DNA of 64,000 bases from Malacoraja senta (GCA_038087875.1 CM075990.1:620001-684000), one strand, 5' to 3'; shown: positions 49,746-62,006, numbered from the stretch's first letter. The notes: generated from the letters alone by a model not told the origin. Translations and numbers: made by a program.

Positions 49746-50067
49746 CAGATTCAGATTCAGATTCAACTTTATTGTCATTGTGCAGTGTACAGTACAGAGA
49801 CAACGAAATGCAGTTAGCATCTCCCTAGAAGAGCGACATAAATATGAGCAGTAAATAAATAAATCTAATCTAATAAATCCTGGTGGGAGGAGTGTCCGGG
49901 GGGGGGGGGGGGGTGTGATTGGCAGTCACCGAGGTACAGTGTTGAGTAGTGTAACCGCCGCAGGGAAGAAGCTGTTCCTGGACCTGCTGGTCCGGCAACG
50001 GAGAGACCTGTAGCGCCTCCCGGATGGTAGGAGGGTAAACAGTCTGTGGTTGGGGTGAGAGCAGTCT
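49746..50067 (-). mobile_element. 5'-truncated Rex1/L2-type LINE 3' end, present only in copy 2
   Basis: Minus-strand GACAATAAA plus (TCTGAA)n tail; copy 1 reads ATTCT-ATTTACCG uninterrupted at about 29200. Confidence 0.8.
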
Positions 50068-50343
50068 ATTTACCGTACTGCGCAGTCTTCTCGAGTAATC
50101 CTCCGGGTCTCCTCTTAGAATAATTTAGTGACAGATTCTTTGGATCGGAGAGGCCCTCTGACCACCTAGATGCTTCTGCGTCCCCAGTGGCTTCCTGTTT
50201 ACAACAGGTTATTAGTCCAAATGAAGCGGAAAACTGCCTATATTTTTGTGGGTGGCCACCCTTGTCCTGTTGTCCCTGGGAACCACTGAGGGGCAGGGAA
50301 GCATCCTTGGCTGTTCGTTCTTTACTGAACGGGCTTCTTTCCG

Positions 50344-50361
50344 ACTCTGCTCACAACGCCA
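50344..50361 (-). promoter_or_regulatory. ERV-A primer-binding site, tRNA-Ser(CGA)-like
   Basis: TGGCGTTGTGAGCAGAGT, 4 nt after the LTR ..ACA; vertebrate tRNA-Ser(CGA), recalled from memory, predicts TGGCGCTGTGAGCAGGAT. Confidence 0.7.
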
Positions 50362-50365
50362 GTTT

Positions 50366-51030
50366 TGTTGTGGTTATCAATTCTCAAAATTAAGTCAGGC
50401 GACGCGGAGAATTCTTCAAGAAGTTCAAACCTTTATTTGCAAATCAAGGGTGGGACAATCAAATAGTCAATCGCTTGAAAGCCCACTCAGACAAAAAAAG
50501 TTGCCTCTTTTTATGGCATGTTTAACTCTGTTTGTCCCACGCCGAGTACATTTCCAATTAGGACAGACACAAAATGCTGGAGTAACTCAGCGGGCCAGGC
50601 AGCATCTCCGGAGAGAAGGAATGGGTGACAATGATTCTACATTTACCTTGAACTTCATCCCGTTTGATCTCTCTTTTCACACCTTTCCCTTCCATATCAC
50701 ATGTTTCCCTCTCCCCTGATTCTCAGTCTGAAAAAGGCTCTCGACCCGAAACGTCACCCATTCATTCTATCCAGAGATGCTGCCTGTCCCGCTGAGTTAC
50801 TCAAGCATTTTGTGTTTATCCTTGGTGTAAACCAATATCCTTCCTACCCAATTGGGACAACTTTGGCCTGAATGTACGAACTCCGTAAAGACAGTGCCCG
50901 TAATCAGCTTTGGCCAATGTGAACTGCCCTTGTTTTTGACATTACTTATGGTATAATTGGTCATGATTTGTGTTTGCATGGTGTGACAATCTATAACCGT
51001 AAGTGCCATTGATTTCCTGTTTAGACAACA
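50366..51030 (-). mobile_element. ERV-A 5' LTR, interrupted by a Penelope-derived element (50563-50842)
   Basis: TGTTGT/ACAACA termini; minus-strand AATAAA near 50432; TATA-like element near 50510; adjacent PBS. Confidence 0.72.
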
Positions 51031-51229
51031 GGATACTTCGTGTTCTCAATGTGTCTTCTCTAGCATTTAATGTTTATACATTACATTCATAGAATAATTA
51101 AATTAATGTTAATGGCACCTATGTTATTGGTATTGGTACAGTAAAAATAACTTGTTTTGTATGCTACCCCACACAGATAATAGCATAAACAGATATATCA
51201 GGTAATCAAGATGGATCTAGAAATGCAAG

Positions 51230-51741
51230 TGCAGAGGGACATGTGCATACATGGGCAGGCGGGGCTAGTGTAGTGTAGTGCTGCGCGGCCAGAAGGCTTC
51301 CCGGCTGTGGACTGGAAACTCAGCCAGAGGTCTTTATCGAGGAGCCGCGGTCTCAATGCCTCCCAGTTCGCCGCGTAGAAGCCTGGGTCGGGCGAAGCGG
51401 CTGACGGAGCCCGTGGCTGGGGACAAGGTCGGCACCACAGAGGTGCGAAGTGGGGCATCGACAGCGCTGAGGCCTCGGCGGCGGCAGCGGTGAAGCCTCA
51501 GCAGTGGTGAAACCTCGCAGCGGCGGCGATTGACAGTCGATGAGCGCATGGTGAACCACCTTGAGGGGGGAGGGGAAGAACAATGGAGGACCCGGCGTGG
51601 GGAACAAAAGGAGAAGCTTTGTAACTTTGTAACTTTGTCAACTTTGTCACAAGTACACACTTTGCACAGTGTGTATGCAAGCAAATAATCTCACTGTGCC
51701 TAGTCACAGGTGACAATAAAGTATTCCTATTCCTATTCCTT
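51230..51741 (+). mobile_element. GC-rich non-autonomous LINE-tailed element
   Basis: Ends GTGACAATAAAGTATTCC(TATTCC)n; relative at 54010-54347. Confidence 0.6.
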
Positions 51742-52159
51742 CTCCTATGTTGGCCGGTGTGGGCAAGATGGGCCGAAAGTCCTGTTTCTACATTGTATCA
51801 CTCTAAGATTCAAAGAAAAAATTCACTGAATGCAGAATATAATATTACAGCGAACATGCAGACAACAATAGCACAAAATGAAGTAGTTTGAAAGCTCAGG
51901 AATACATCCCCAGCATATGAGCGGTACATTGAAGATGTAGCCAACATTAAAATGTACATTCCCCAACACATATACAATGTTTTGAATACATTGAAGATAG
52001 ACACAAAAAGCTGGGTCAGACAGCATCTCTGAAGAAAAGGAATAGGTTTTGAGTCAAGACCCTTCTTCAGACTTGTAGAATGAATCTTTGGGACCTGCTA
52101 CTTGCTCATTGAGCTCTGCAATATTTTTGACAAAGGCATACATTTTACCCCTGTCCCCT

Positions 52160-52852
52160 GTCTCCATCAAGGGTGTGGATATGCTATTTTCCAAGGAGTA
52201 TAAGTAATTTGGAGTTCACCTGGACAGTAAGCTGGACTGGTCCAGGAATGCTGAGACACTGTATGAGAAGGGACAGAGCTGCCCATACTTTCTGAGGAGG
52301 CTCTGCTCTTTCAACATCTGCAGTAAGATGCTGCAGATGTTGTTCTATCAATCGGTGGTGGCCAGTACCTTTTTCTTCACTGTCGTGTGCTGGGGCAGCA
52401 GGGCAAAGGTTGCGGACACCAACAGAATGAACAAACTCATCAGGAAGGCTGGATCCATCCTGCAGGTGGTTGGATTCATTGGAGTTGATCTTGGAGGGGA
52501 GGATGCTCCTCAAACTGTGGAGCACCTTGGACAATGCATCTCACCTCCTCCATGAACAGACTGGTTCAACCAAGATGCAGCACAGAACGCCACAGGAGAT
52601 CCTTTTTCCCTATGGCTATCAAACAGTACAACTCCTCCCCCCTTCTGTCATGAGGTAGACTGACTGACTCCACTCCCCTCCCTTCCCCCCCCCCTCCTAA
52701 TCTTTGCACATCCCCAATCCTGGACTTTCCACTCGTCACTTTAATTTCATGTTTCATGTATCATGTTGTGTTTTATGACTGTTGGCAGACCAATTTCCCT
52801 CCTGGGATAAATAAAGTTATATCGTATCATATCGTAACGTATTGTATCATAT
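52160..52852 (+). mobile_element. Rex1/Babar-like LINE 3' fragment
   Basis: LGVHLDSKLDWS..FLRRL.SFNICSKMLQMFYQSVVAS; AATAAA and (TATCG)-like tail. Confidence 0.8.
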
Positions 52853-54430
52853 CTGAAACCATGTCATTCCTTCTCTCTCTACTCTCCTGCCTCGAGGCTT
52901 ATTCTAATCATTTATCTCTCTCGGTGTGAATTTTTTTGCAATAATTTACCTTCCACTCATACCCACCTGTGCCTTTTGGCCACACTTTTGTCACTTACTT
53001 TGATGTGGCTGATGTACTTTCTATTTAATATTCAGCAGATGGCGCCACCTCCTGTGCTGAAGGGGGTGTGAAGCTAAATGTGCAGAAGTCGTGCTGACAA
53101 TGTGCCTTTGAAGACTGGTAAAGAAATTTACCAAAAGCAGCTGAGTTAAGTTAGGCAGGGAAGCTTCGCACTAATTATCCGTTGGACTTTATTGCTGAGA
53201 TGAATACCCGTCACACAACAACTTAAAACTACCAAGAATAGCAATAAAGAGATATTTAAATGAGAAACTGCACATTTCATTGCCTTAAATACATCTGGAT
53301 GTTGCAGCTAATATAAAGTTCATTTAATAATTCACATTGTTCTTCCAGGTGAATGCTCTGCATGATAACCAACTTTACACATCTGTGGAAAACTGCTGAA
53401 TTTCCTGCCGGTTCTCTCACTTTGTTATACAAATCACATCTGGAGGACAAGACCTCGGTTCGGCTTTGTGCTCAACTACCAACGTTTTTTAAAAATTGAA
53501 ATATAGCAGCAAATTTAGCTCCGTCTAGAAACGATTCTCAGTGAGGTGAAAAAAGAGATTGTTTTCTTTTCATTACCATCACCTTAGTGTTTTGTTATCT
53601 CTCGGTCCTGATTTCAGAAAACTCTACACCGTTAAGACTTTAAATCAACATTAAATTCTAAAACAAAACCAGAAAATGGTGTTAATACTTAGCAGGCCAG
53701 GCAACACCATCAAGAAGAGCAATAGAGCTAAAGTTTCATGTCAAAGAACTGCGATGAAGGGCTTCAACAATAGATTTTGACTGGGTTTCACTCCCCCGGA
53801 GGCAGCCTGACCTGCTGAGTCATTTTAGTACTTTCTGCTTTTGTTTTAGATTTCCAGCATCTGCAATTTTTTCTTAATTTCACTTATTTCTTGGAATGCA
53901 ATGCCCAAAAAGTGCAAGAACTACCTTCAGTAGTAATTTTCCAAAAGGGATTTGGTATATGTTTTTTTTCCAAGGTAAATGACACAGGTATATGACACAG
54001 GTTTATAATGGTGGGGCCTCAGCGGCAACGGCGGTAAAGCCTCACGGGTCTAGCCGCGGTCGATGAGAGCGTGGAGGGATCTGCCTTGAGGGGGGGAGGG
54101 GAAGAACAATGGACAATGGGGATGTAGATGGGTGAGGGGGGTAGAACAAAGGACAATAGGGACCCGGTGTGGGAGAATTGCTGTGGGGAACGGAGAGGGA
54201 GAATAAAGGAAGAGCCAGCGTACTTTGTAACTTTGTCAGTGGCATAGGTGGCCGCTAGTTGCATACCTTGGATATGCAAGCAAAGAATTTCACTGTGCCC
54301 TGTCACATGTGACAATAAAGTATTCCATTCCATTCCACTCCACTCCATGTAAACAAATACACAACACAGTAGATCGGGGAGTGAGTCGTACTGATGGTCG
54401 TTTAAGGGAATTGGCTCAATCTTAAATCTA

Positions 54431-54710
54431 GGGTGGCATGGTAACGCAGCTGGTAGAAACCTATGTTCGATCCCGACCTCGAGTGCTGTCTGTGTGGAGT
54501 GCGCACGTTCTCCCTGTGACCGCGTGCTCTTCCTCTGGGTGCACTGGTTTCCTCCCACATCTCAAAGATGTGCTGGTTTGCAGGTGAATTGGTGTCTGTA
54601 AGTGGGTGAGAAGGTGGACTAACACAGAACTAGTTTGAACAGTTGATCGATGGTCGGTATGGACTTGTTGGGCCGAAGGGCCTATTTCCATGCTGTATCT
54701 CTAAACTAAG
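54431..54710 (+). mobile_element. V-domain tRNA-SINE
   Basis: Head, V-domain and CR1-type tail. Confidence 0.8.
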
Positions 54711-55781
54711 CTTAAGTTCCATGCACACAAATTGCCACCCTCCACCACAGCCACAGTTAGAAATACGGGCAAGTGGATATAGCTAGTCTGATAGTTAGGT
54801 CATCGCCATTTTCACTTCACTTCTGAATTCCTACAAAGGTTTTGCAGCAGATGATCCTATTTTTGCTTTCATGTAATAACTGGAAAACAAAGAACAAATA
54901 TTGATTGATTTAATTACTGAAATTTGCAGAGCGGCTATAAACGTCAAAGATAGACACAAAATGTTGGAGTAACCCAGCGGAACAGGCAGCATCTCTGGAT
55001 AAAAGGAGTGGGTGACGTTTCGGGGCTGTTCTTCAAACAAGTCACTTGGCTTTTGGTAAGTAAAACACTACCTAGATTAATTCCTACAAATAGATTAATT
55101 CCTACAAATTTGTGTTCACTTTGGAATTCTCCCAAAAGAAACAGTTTATATGTGTCAAATCAATGTAAGCATCAGAATTAGATGAACTAAATTGAAGACG
55201 AACCAACCTGCATTTTAAATTAACCCCTTATGTCTTGATTCACTTGGATGAATCTGTCTTGCATCCCTGTCTTGCAAGACTCCGGGACCTTGAGATTTTT
55301 TTTGTTTGCTTGGGATCTTCAAAGAAGAGTAACATGAATACTTAATTGTAGCGGGACATGCATACCCAATAACTGAACAGCTAAAAGCATTTTAATTTAG
55401 CTGTGAATTAGTACAAGATGTAAACAGCTGCAATGTATTGTGCCTCAACTACATCCAGGGACCCCGACAGTCCTACCAGGTGAGACAGAGGTTCAGATGC
55501 ACCTCATCTACTGCATCGGTGTTCCCGATGTGGGCTCCTGTACATCGTTGAGACCTATGGTAGACTAGGTGACTGTTTCGCTGAACACTTATTCTCGGTC
55601 CGCCAAGGCCTACTGGATCTCTCACATTAACTCCACTTCCCATTCCCATGCAGACCTTTCTGTCTTGGGCCTCCTCCATTGCCAGAGCGCGCCCACATGA
55701 AAATTGGAGGAACAGCACCTCATATTTCACTTGGGAAGCTTACACTCCAGCGGTATGAACATGGAATTTATTTAATTATAG

Positions 55782-57786
55782 TAGGTATGTTACAAAACTT
55801 ACCTTCAGCGGCGCTGCAGTTCTGCCACTGGCCGTGTGCGCTACTTTGTCGCCTTTGAGGGGGGGGGGGGGTTAAAATGCAGTTTTCTCCTGACCGTCCG
55901 AGATATATTTTCTCGGGCTGCTAGCTAATGCTGAAGAATTGTTCCGACTGCCGTTCTGTGAATTTTTTTTTTAAACCGCGGGACAATTTCAGCGCTGGAG
56001 TAAAATAAAAATCCGCTTCTAATGCCGACAACGCCGACAACGGGACGGATCTCCCGTACGGGACAGCTGTAAGCCGTTTATTTTACATATAAACGTGCTT
56101 CTTAGGATTACCTTAATCCAAATTTTACATTGCGAAAAGGTGATTTAGGCCCCATACGAACCAGCAGTGTTTTTCCTGCCGATATGGGGTATAAATTCCC
56201 CGCAAACCGCAACATTCCCATCAATCGCGTTCCACAAAATCCCATTCGCAAGATGATTTAAATGGCCATTAATTTACGGGAATTAAACACTAAATTCCTT
56301 CCATTTGGCCTATATATTCATGACAATGAGATTTAAAAATCATGTTATAATGTGAATTATTGTGTGAATGTTATTTGGACACTTAGGCTATTTAAAAATG
56401 TTAATCTTTGTTAAGAAATGGATAGTGGCGGCGCGGCACTGGCTGCAGCGGCTCATCGGCAGTCCTGTTTGTTTGTGTTTTGTGGTTTTTTGTTTTTTTG
56501 GGGGGGTTTTTTGTGTTGTTTATTTCGTTTTGGTTAGTCTAGTTTTTGGTTTTTAGTTTGTGTTTTGGGGGGGTGGGGGGTTGTAACGTGGTTTGCAGTC
56601 TCTCCCTGCGGGTAATGCGACTTTTTCCCTTTCTCTGCCTCCGTATTCCCCTTCTCTGCCTCCGTCTGCGCTGAGGCCTAATGGAGATGGCGACCTCGAG
56701 GCTCCGGAGGCAGAGCCCGTCAGGACTCGCCCTGAGCTCGCTCCTGTGAGGGTGGTCCGGCTCAGGGCTGGAACAGTGCTCCCGTGAGCGCCCAAGTCGG
56801 GGCGGCCCGGCCCAAGGGAGAAGCGACGCCCAAGTCGGGGCGGCCCTGCCGGGGGGAGAAGCGACGCCCAAGTCGGGGCGGCCCGGCCCGGGGAAGAAGC
56901 GACGCCCATGTCGGGGCAGCCCGGCCCGGGGAAGAAGCGACGCCCATGTCGGGGCAGCCTGGCCCAGGGGAGAAGCGACGCCTAGGTCGGGCGCGGCCCG
57001 GCCCGGGGGAGGTTCGGGCGGCCCAGCCCGAGGCTGAAGACGGCACGGTACTCATGTGAGAGTGAATGGGACGGTGTTCTGGTGGTGGTGGCCTGAGTCC
57101 GGGGTTCGGCCGCGGGCCAGCGGCTGCGTCTGCAGGACTGGTGGGCGGCAGCTTCGACCACCCCGGGCCGCGGTGTTTGAGACACGGGAAACATGCCCGG
57201 GGGGTATCGCCTCAGCGCAGAGGGAGAAGAGGAGGGAAGAGACTGCAGACCTAAGACTTTTGCCTCCATCACAGTGAGGAGATGTTGGGTGGACTCACTG
57301 TGGTGGATGTTAATATGTGTTTATTGTTGTTTTATGTATGACTGTTGCAATTTCGTTCAGACTTCGGTCTGAATGACAATAAAGGGCTATCTAATCTAAT
57401 CTAATCTAGTAATTGAATTTTGTAATTAGCTACAATTAGGTAACTAACTAATTATATGCTTTAATTTCAGGTCATCCAAGTAAGATTGTTTCATATTTGT
57501 TTCAGAATGCTTCAATCTATAATAATTGAAAATGTCTTTAGGTCTCTTAATTTTTAAGAACGTTATGGGCATTTGACTGTCCTCGATCACAGCTTTTGTG
57601 TTAAGTCAATGGAAAAGCAATAGGGAACAAGATGCTAATTTCCGAGTATGAAAATGGCCATAACTTTTTTAATACTTAAGATATGAAAGTCCATTAGGTG
57701 TCAAATTAAACTTCTTTTTATGCTTTATCTGATGGGATAAATTGCAGACTTGATTTTTTAAATCTCATAATTTTGTAACATTGCTA
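55782..57786. mobile_element. Non-autonomous TIR DNA transposon, 7-bp TSD
   Basis: TIRs TAGGTATGTTACAAAA / TTTTGTAACATTGCTA; ATTATAG at 55775-55781 and 57787-57793. Confidence 0.8.
56426..57408 (+). mobile_element. GC-rich non-autonomous LINE-tailed element with an internal ~38-bp minisatellite
   Basis: GAAGCGACGCCCAAGTCGGGGCGGCCC units at about 56788-57010; GACAATAAA plus (CTAAT)n tail. Confidence 0.65.
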
Positions 57787-58659
57787 ATTATAGGTAACAT
57801 CTACAAACACTTCCCTCCCATCTCCTCTCATTCGGGACCCTTCCCCCTATCCTCTACTAAAACTCAGTTAACCAGCTCCACAGTTTGCAACGGGGAGAAG
57901 GTACAAACTACGTACAGACAAGCACGCGTAGTCAGGATCGAACCTGGGTCTCTGGCGCAGTAGGGCAGCACCTCTACCGCTGCATCACCGTGCCATCTTT
58001 TCTTGCTTCCAGTTCCACTCTTCCCTTACATTCAGTCTGAAGAAGGGTCCCGAAACGAAACGTCACCTATCCATTTTCTCCAGAGATGTGGCCCGACCCA
58101 TTGAGTTTCTCCAGCAGTTTGAACCTATCTTTGGTATAAACCAGCACCTGCAGTTCCTGTTTAATACAGAATCAAGGGATATGGGGTAAAAGCAGGAACG
58201 GGGTACTAATTCTTGGATAGTCAGCCATTGATCTACTTCTGCACCTATTTTCAATGTTTCTATGTTTCTATTACAATGAATTTGTCATCGATCCTATTTC
58301 AGGAACATATTAGACAGGAAGGCAGACAAGAATTAATTTGGTTTGGGCTTCTTGCATTGCGACTATTTATATTTAGTGTCCAATAATTGTTGGAAACAAA
58401 GAGTTTCAACTCAAAAATAGCAACAATTGTTTACTTTCCAGCAAAGATTTTTTTTGGTGTGGAGAACTTTTACCAATTATTCTCTACAATAGATGATCAT
58501 TACTATTTTTGAAGTGGAATCATTTGCTTTGAAGAACCATTAACTAATCCTATTAAGACTTACTGAAAACAATCGCTGTTTGGGTAACTTCACACCTTCA
58601 ACACAGGAAATACTTTACTGAAGACATAAACACAAACAGTAGTTTAGTTTAGTTTAGTT

Positions 58660-59795
58660 ACATACATACATAGATAATAGATGTGGGAGTAGGCCATTTG
58701 GCCCTTCGAGCCAGCGGCGCCATTCAATGTGATCATGGCTGATCATCCAATATTAATACCCTGTTCCTGCCTTCTCCCCATATCCCTTGATTCCACTAGC
58801 CCTAAGAGCTCTATCTAACTCTCTTTTGAATGCATCTCCTGAATCGGCCTCCCGCTACCCCCAATACCATCTGCTCTAATTTTGCCCACTAATCTCCTGT
58901 GTGGGACCTTATCAAAGACTTTCTGAAAGTCCAGGTACACTACATCCACTGGCTCTCCCTTGTCCATTTTACTTGTTACATCCCCAGAAAATTCCAGAAG
59001 ATTTGTCAAGCATGATTTCTCTTTCCTAAATCCACGCTGACTTGGACTGCTCCAGTTACTGCTATCCAAATGCGCTGCTATTTCATCTTTAATAATCGAC
59101 TCCAGCATCTTCCCCACCACTGATGACAGGCTAACTGGTCTATAATTCCCTACTCCCTCCTTTCTTGAAAAGTGGGGTAGCATTAGCTATCATCCAATCT
59201 ACAGGAACTGATCCAGAATCTATAGAACATTGGAAAATGACCACCAATGCGTCCAAGATTTCTAGAGCCACCTCCTTGAGTACCATGGGTTGCAGACCAT
59301 CAGGCCCTGGGAATTTATCAGCCTTCAGTCCCATCAGTCTACCCAACATCATTTCCTGCCTAATGTGAATTTCCTTCAGTTCCTCCATCACCCATGGTCC
59401 TCTGTCCCCTAGTACACCTGGGAGATTGTTTGTGTCTTCCTCAGTGAAGACAGAACCTGTTCAACTCGTATGTCATTTCCTTGTTCCCCATAATAAATTC
59501 ATCTGTTTCTGTCTTCAAGGGACCCACATTTGTCTTAACTAATTTTTTCCTCTTCACATACATAAAAAAGCTTTTACTATTCTTGGCTAGCTTACCTTCG
59601 TACTTCATCTTTTCTCCCCGTATTGCCTTTTTAGTTACCATCTGTAGCTCTTTAAAAGTTTCCCAATCCTCTGGCTTCCCGCTCATCTTTGCTACGATAT
59701 TCTGTATGCCTTCTACTTTATTTTTATACTGTCCTTGACTTCCCTTGTCAGCCGCAGTCGCCTCTTACTCCCCGTAGAATCTTTCTTCCTCTTTG
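58660..59795 (-). mobile_element. CR1 LINE RT fragment with internal deletion and 3' end
   Basis: NYRPVSLSSVVGKMLE..KSCLTNLLEF..YLDFQKVFDKVPH; PGPDG. Confidence 0.9.
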
Positions 59796-59797
59796 GA

Positions 59798-60097
59798 AGA
59801 TACAGCATGGAAACAGGCCCTTCGGCCCACCGAGTCCGCACTGACCAGCGATCCCCGCACATTAACACTACCCTACGCACACTAGGGACAATTTACATTT
59901 ATACCGAGCCAATTAACGTACAAATCTCTACATCTTTGGAGAGTGGGAGGAAACCGAAGATCTCTGAGAAAACCCATGCGGTCACGGGGAGAACATACAA
60001 CTCCGTACAGACAGCACCCATAGTCAGGATCGAACCCAGGTCTTTGGCGCTGCAAGCGTTGTAAGGCAGCAACTCTACTGCTGCGCCACCGTGCCAC
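59798..60097 (-). mobile_element. V-domain tRNA-SINE
   Basis: Reverse-complement family copy. Confidence 0.85.
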
Positions 60098-60149
60098 CTG
60101 TCACGGTATGGTACTATCTATAAGGGAAATAGATAGACGATGTTTAGGA

Positions 60150-60872
60150 TGTGCAGGAAGGAACTGCAGATGCTGATTTAAACCGAAGATAGACACAAAA
60201 TGTTGGAGTAATGCGGGACAGGCAGCATCTCTGGAGAGAAGGAATGGGTAACAGACTAGAGTCAGGGGAAATGGAAACAAGTGATATAGACTGTGATGTA
60301 GAGATATACTTAGAACAAATTAATGAAAGATGTAAACAGGTCATTGTTAGCTGTTTGTTGGGTGAAAACGAGAAGCTGGTGCAACTTGGGTGGGGGGGGG
60401 GGGGATTGAGAGAGAGGGAATGCAAGGGTTACTTGAAGTTAGCGAAATCAATATTCATACCACTGGGTTGTAAGCTGCCCAAGCGAAATATGAGATGCTG
60501 TTCCTCCAATTTGCATTGAACTTCACTCTGACAATGGAGGAGGCCAAGGACAGAAAGGTCAGTGTGGGAATGAGTAAGGGAATTAAAATGTTTAGCAACC
60601 AGGGGATCAGGAAGGTCCAGGTGAACTGAACGAATGTGGTCAGAGAAACGATCACCCAGTCAACGCTTGGTCTCACCGATGTATAGTCCACATCTTGAAT
60701 AACGGATACAGAAGATGAGATTGGAGGATGTGCAAGTGAATCTCTGCCTCACCTGAAAGGACTGTCGGGGTCCCTGTCCAGAGTCGAGGGAGGAGGTATA
60801 GGGCCAGGTGTTGCATCTCCTGCGGTTGCAGGGGAAGGTACCTGGGGAGGGGGTGGTTTGGTTGGGAAGGGA
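60150..60872 (-). mobile_element. Penelope-like element (GIY-YIG remnant and pLTR)
   Basis: Minus strand QRFTCTSSNLIFCIR..RCGLYIGETKR.LGDRF..EEQHLIFRLG. Confidence 0.82.
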
Positions 60873-61334
60873 TGTCTAGGATGCAACAATGCAGCAAGAC
60901 GCAGAAGTGAACAAATTATTGCTGAAGATGTTATGGAGTCGGGTGTGTTTAATTGTGAAATGCATCAGGATTGGAACAATGAAATCCTTATTTTCTGCAG
61001 TTTTACAGACACATTAACCCAACAAAACAAGATATAAATATCACAATAAACAAAAATAGAATAAATTGTCAATTAAACCAGGTAACCAGTGCATAACATG
61101 CCAAACCCAAACCAGGCCAAAGGACGCAGTGCAAACTATAAAATAAATCATGGTAGTTCATTGCTGAGGTTGAGTTTTAAATCAATGGTTGGGGTTGCAA
61201 TGTGATTCAACACTTCAATGATTGATGGAAAGCTGTTTGTCAACCTGGGGATGATGGTTCTTAGGCTTATGTTCCTGATGGTAGCAGAGAGCATGATCAG
61301 GGTGCTATGGGTCTTTGATGAGGCAGGAGCTCCT

Positions 61335-61710
61335 ATAGTGGGCCAGGACACTCCTGGTGAGCAGGCTCCCCAATGGAGGTCTCTCCATAAGGGAGTTCTC
61401 CCCCTTTACATCGGGGACCTTGGGTGGAGAGTGTTGCACAGAGCTGTGGGGTGAAACAGATAATTGTTGGCTCACGGACTCGCCACCTGCCTGTCACTTC
61501 TGCGGCCAGGAAGAGACTGTGTTCCATGTGTATATGGAGTGTGAGAGGCTGCAGCCCCTGTACGAATAACTGAAGGGGCTGCTCCTCAAGTTTTGGCTGC
61601 ATTGTTGACAATACTTTAATCTGATAACTGTTTTTAATTGTAAACTGCCAATAGCAATCTTGATTTTGTTACTACTCTGTATTTGTGTTTGTTTAAATAA
61701 AAGGTCTTTG
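61335..61710 (+). mobile_element. Tx1/L1-clade LINE 3' end (zf-RVT region)
   Basis: DLGWRVLHRAV..ACHFCGQEETVFHVYMEC; AATAAA near 61696. Confidence 0.75.
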
Positions 61711-62006
61711 TATATATAAATATACTAGACTAAGTGGGACCCGTTGGGTCCCATGTTCACACGGGAGGGCTGGTCCCCCAATGCAATATTCCACCTATCC
61801 ACCAATTCCAATATTGGTGGCTAGTGGGGGGGGGGGGCTTTCTGGAGCGCTAGTATGGGTACTGTGGGCTGAAGGGACTGGTTAGTATGGACATTGTGGG
61901 CCAAATGGATTCTTGGGGTGGCAGCTCAGTCACTCAAGCCTGATGTGCTGGCAGCTCACTAACGGCTGGTGGGCTAGCAGTTGACTCACGGCTATTCCTT
62001 GAAATT

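Larger units (their letters stand above)
30057..50106 (+). repeat. Duplicated block, copy 2 (with extra Harbinger and Rex1-like insertions)
   Basis: Colinear with 14858-29243. Confidence 0.97.
55455..58160 (+). mobile_element. Penelope-like element 3' part (GIY-YIG remnant and pLTR), split by a DNA transposon
   Basis: YCI..RCGLLYI.ET..RLGDCFAEHL..LEEQHLIF; resumes at 57794; hammerhead-like core at 58037. Confidence 0.8.
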
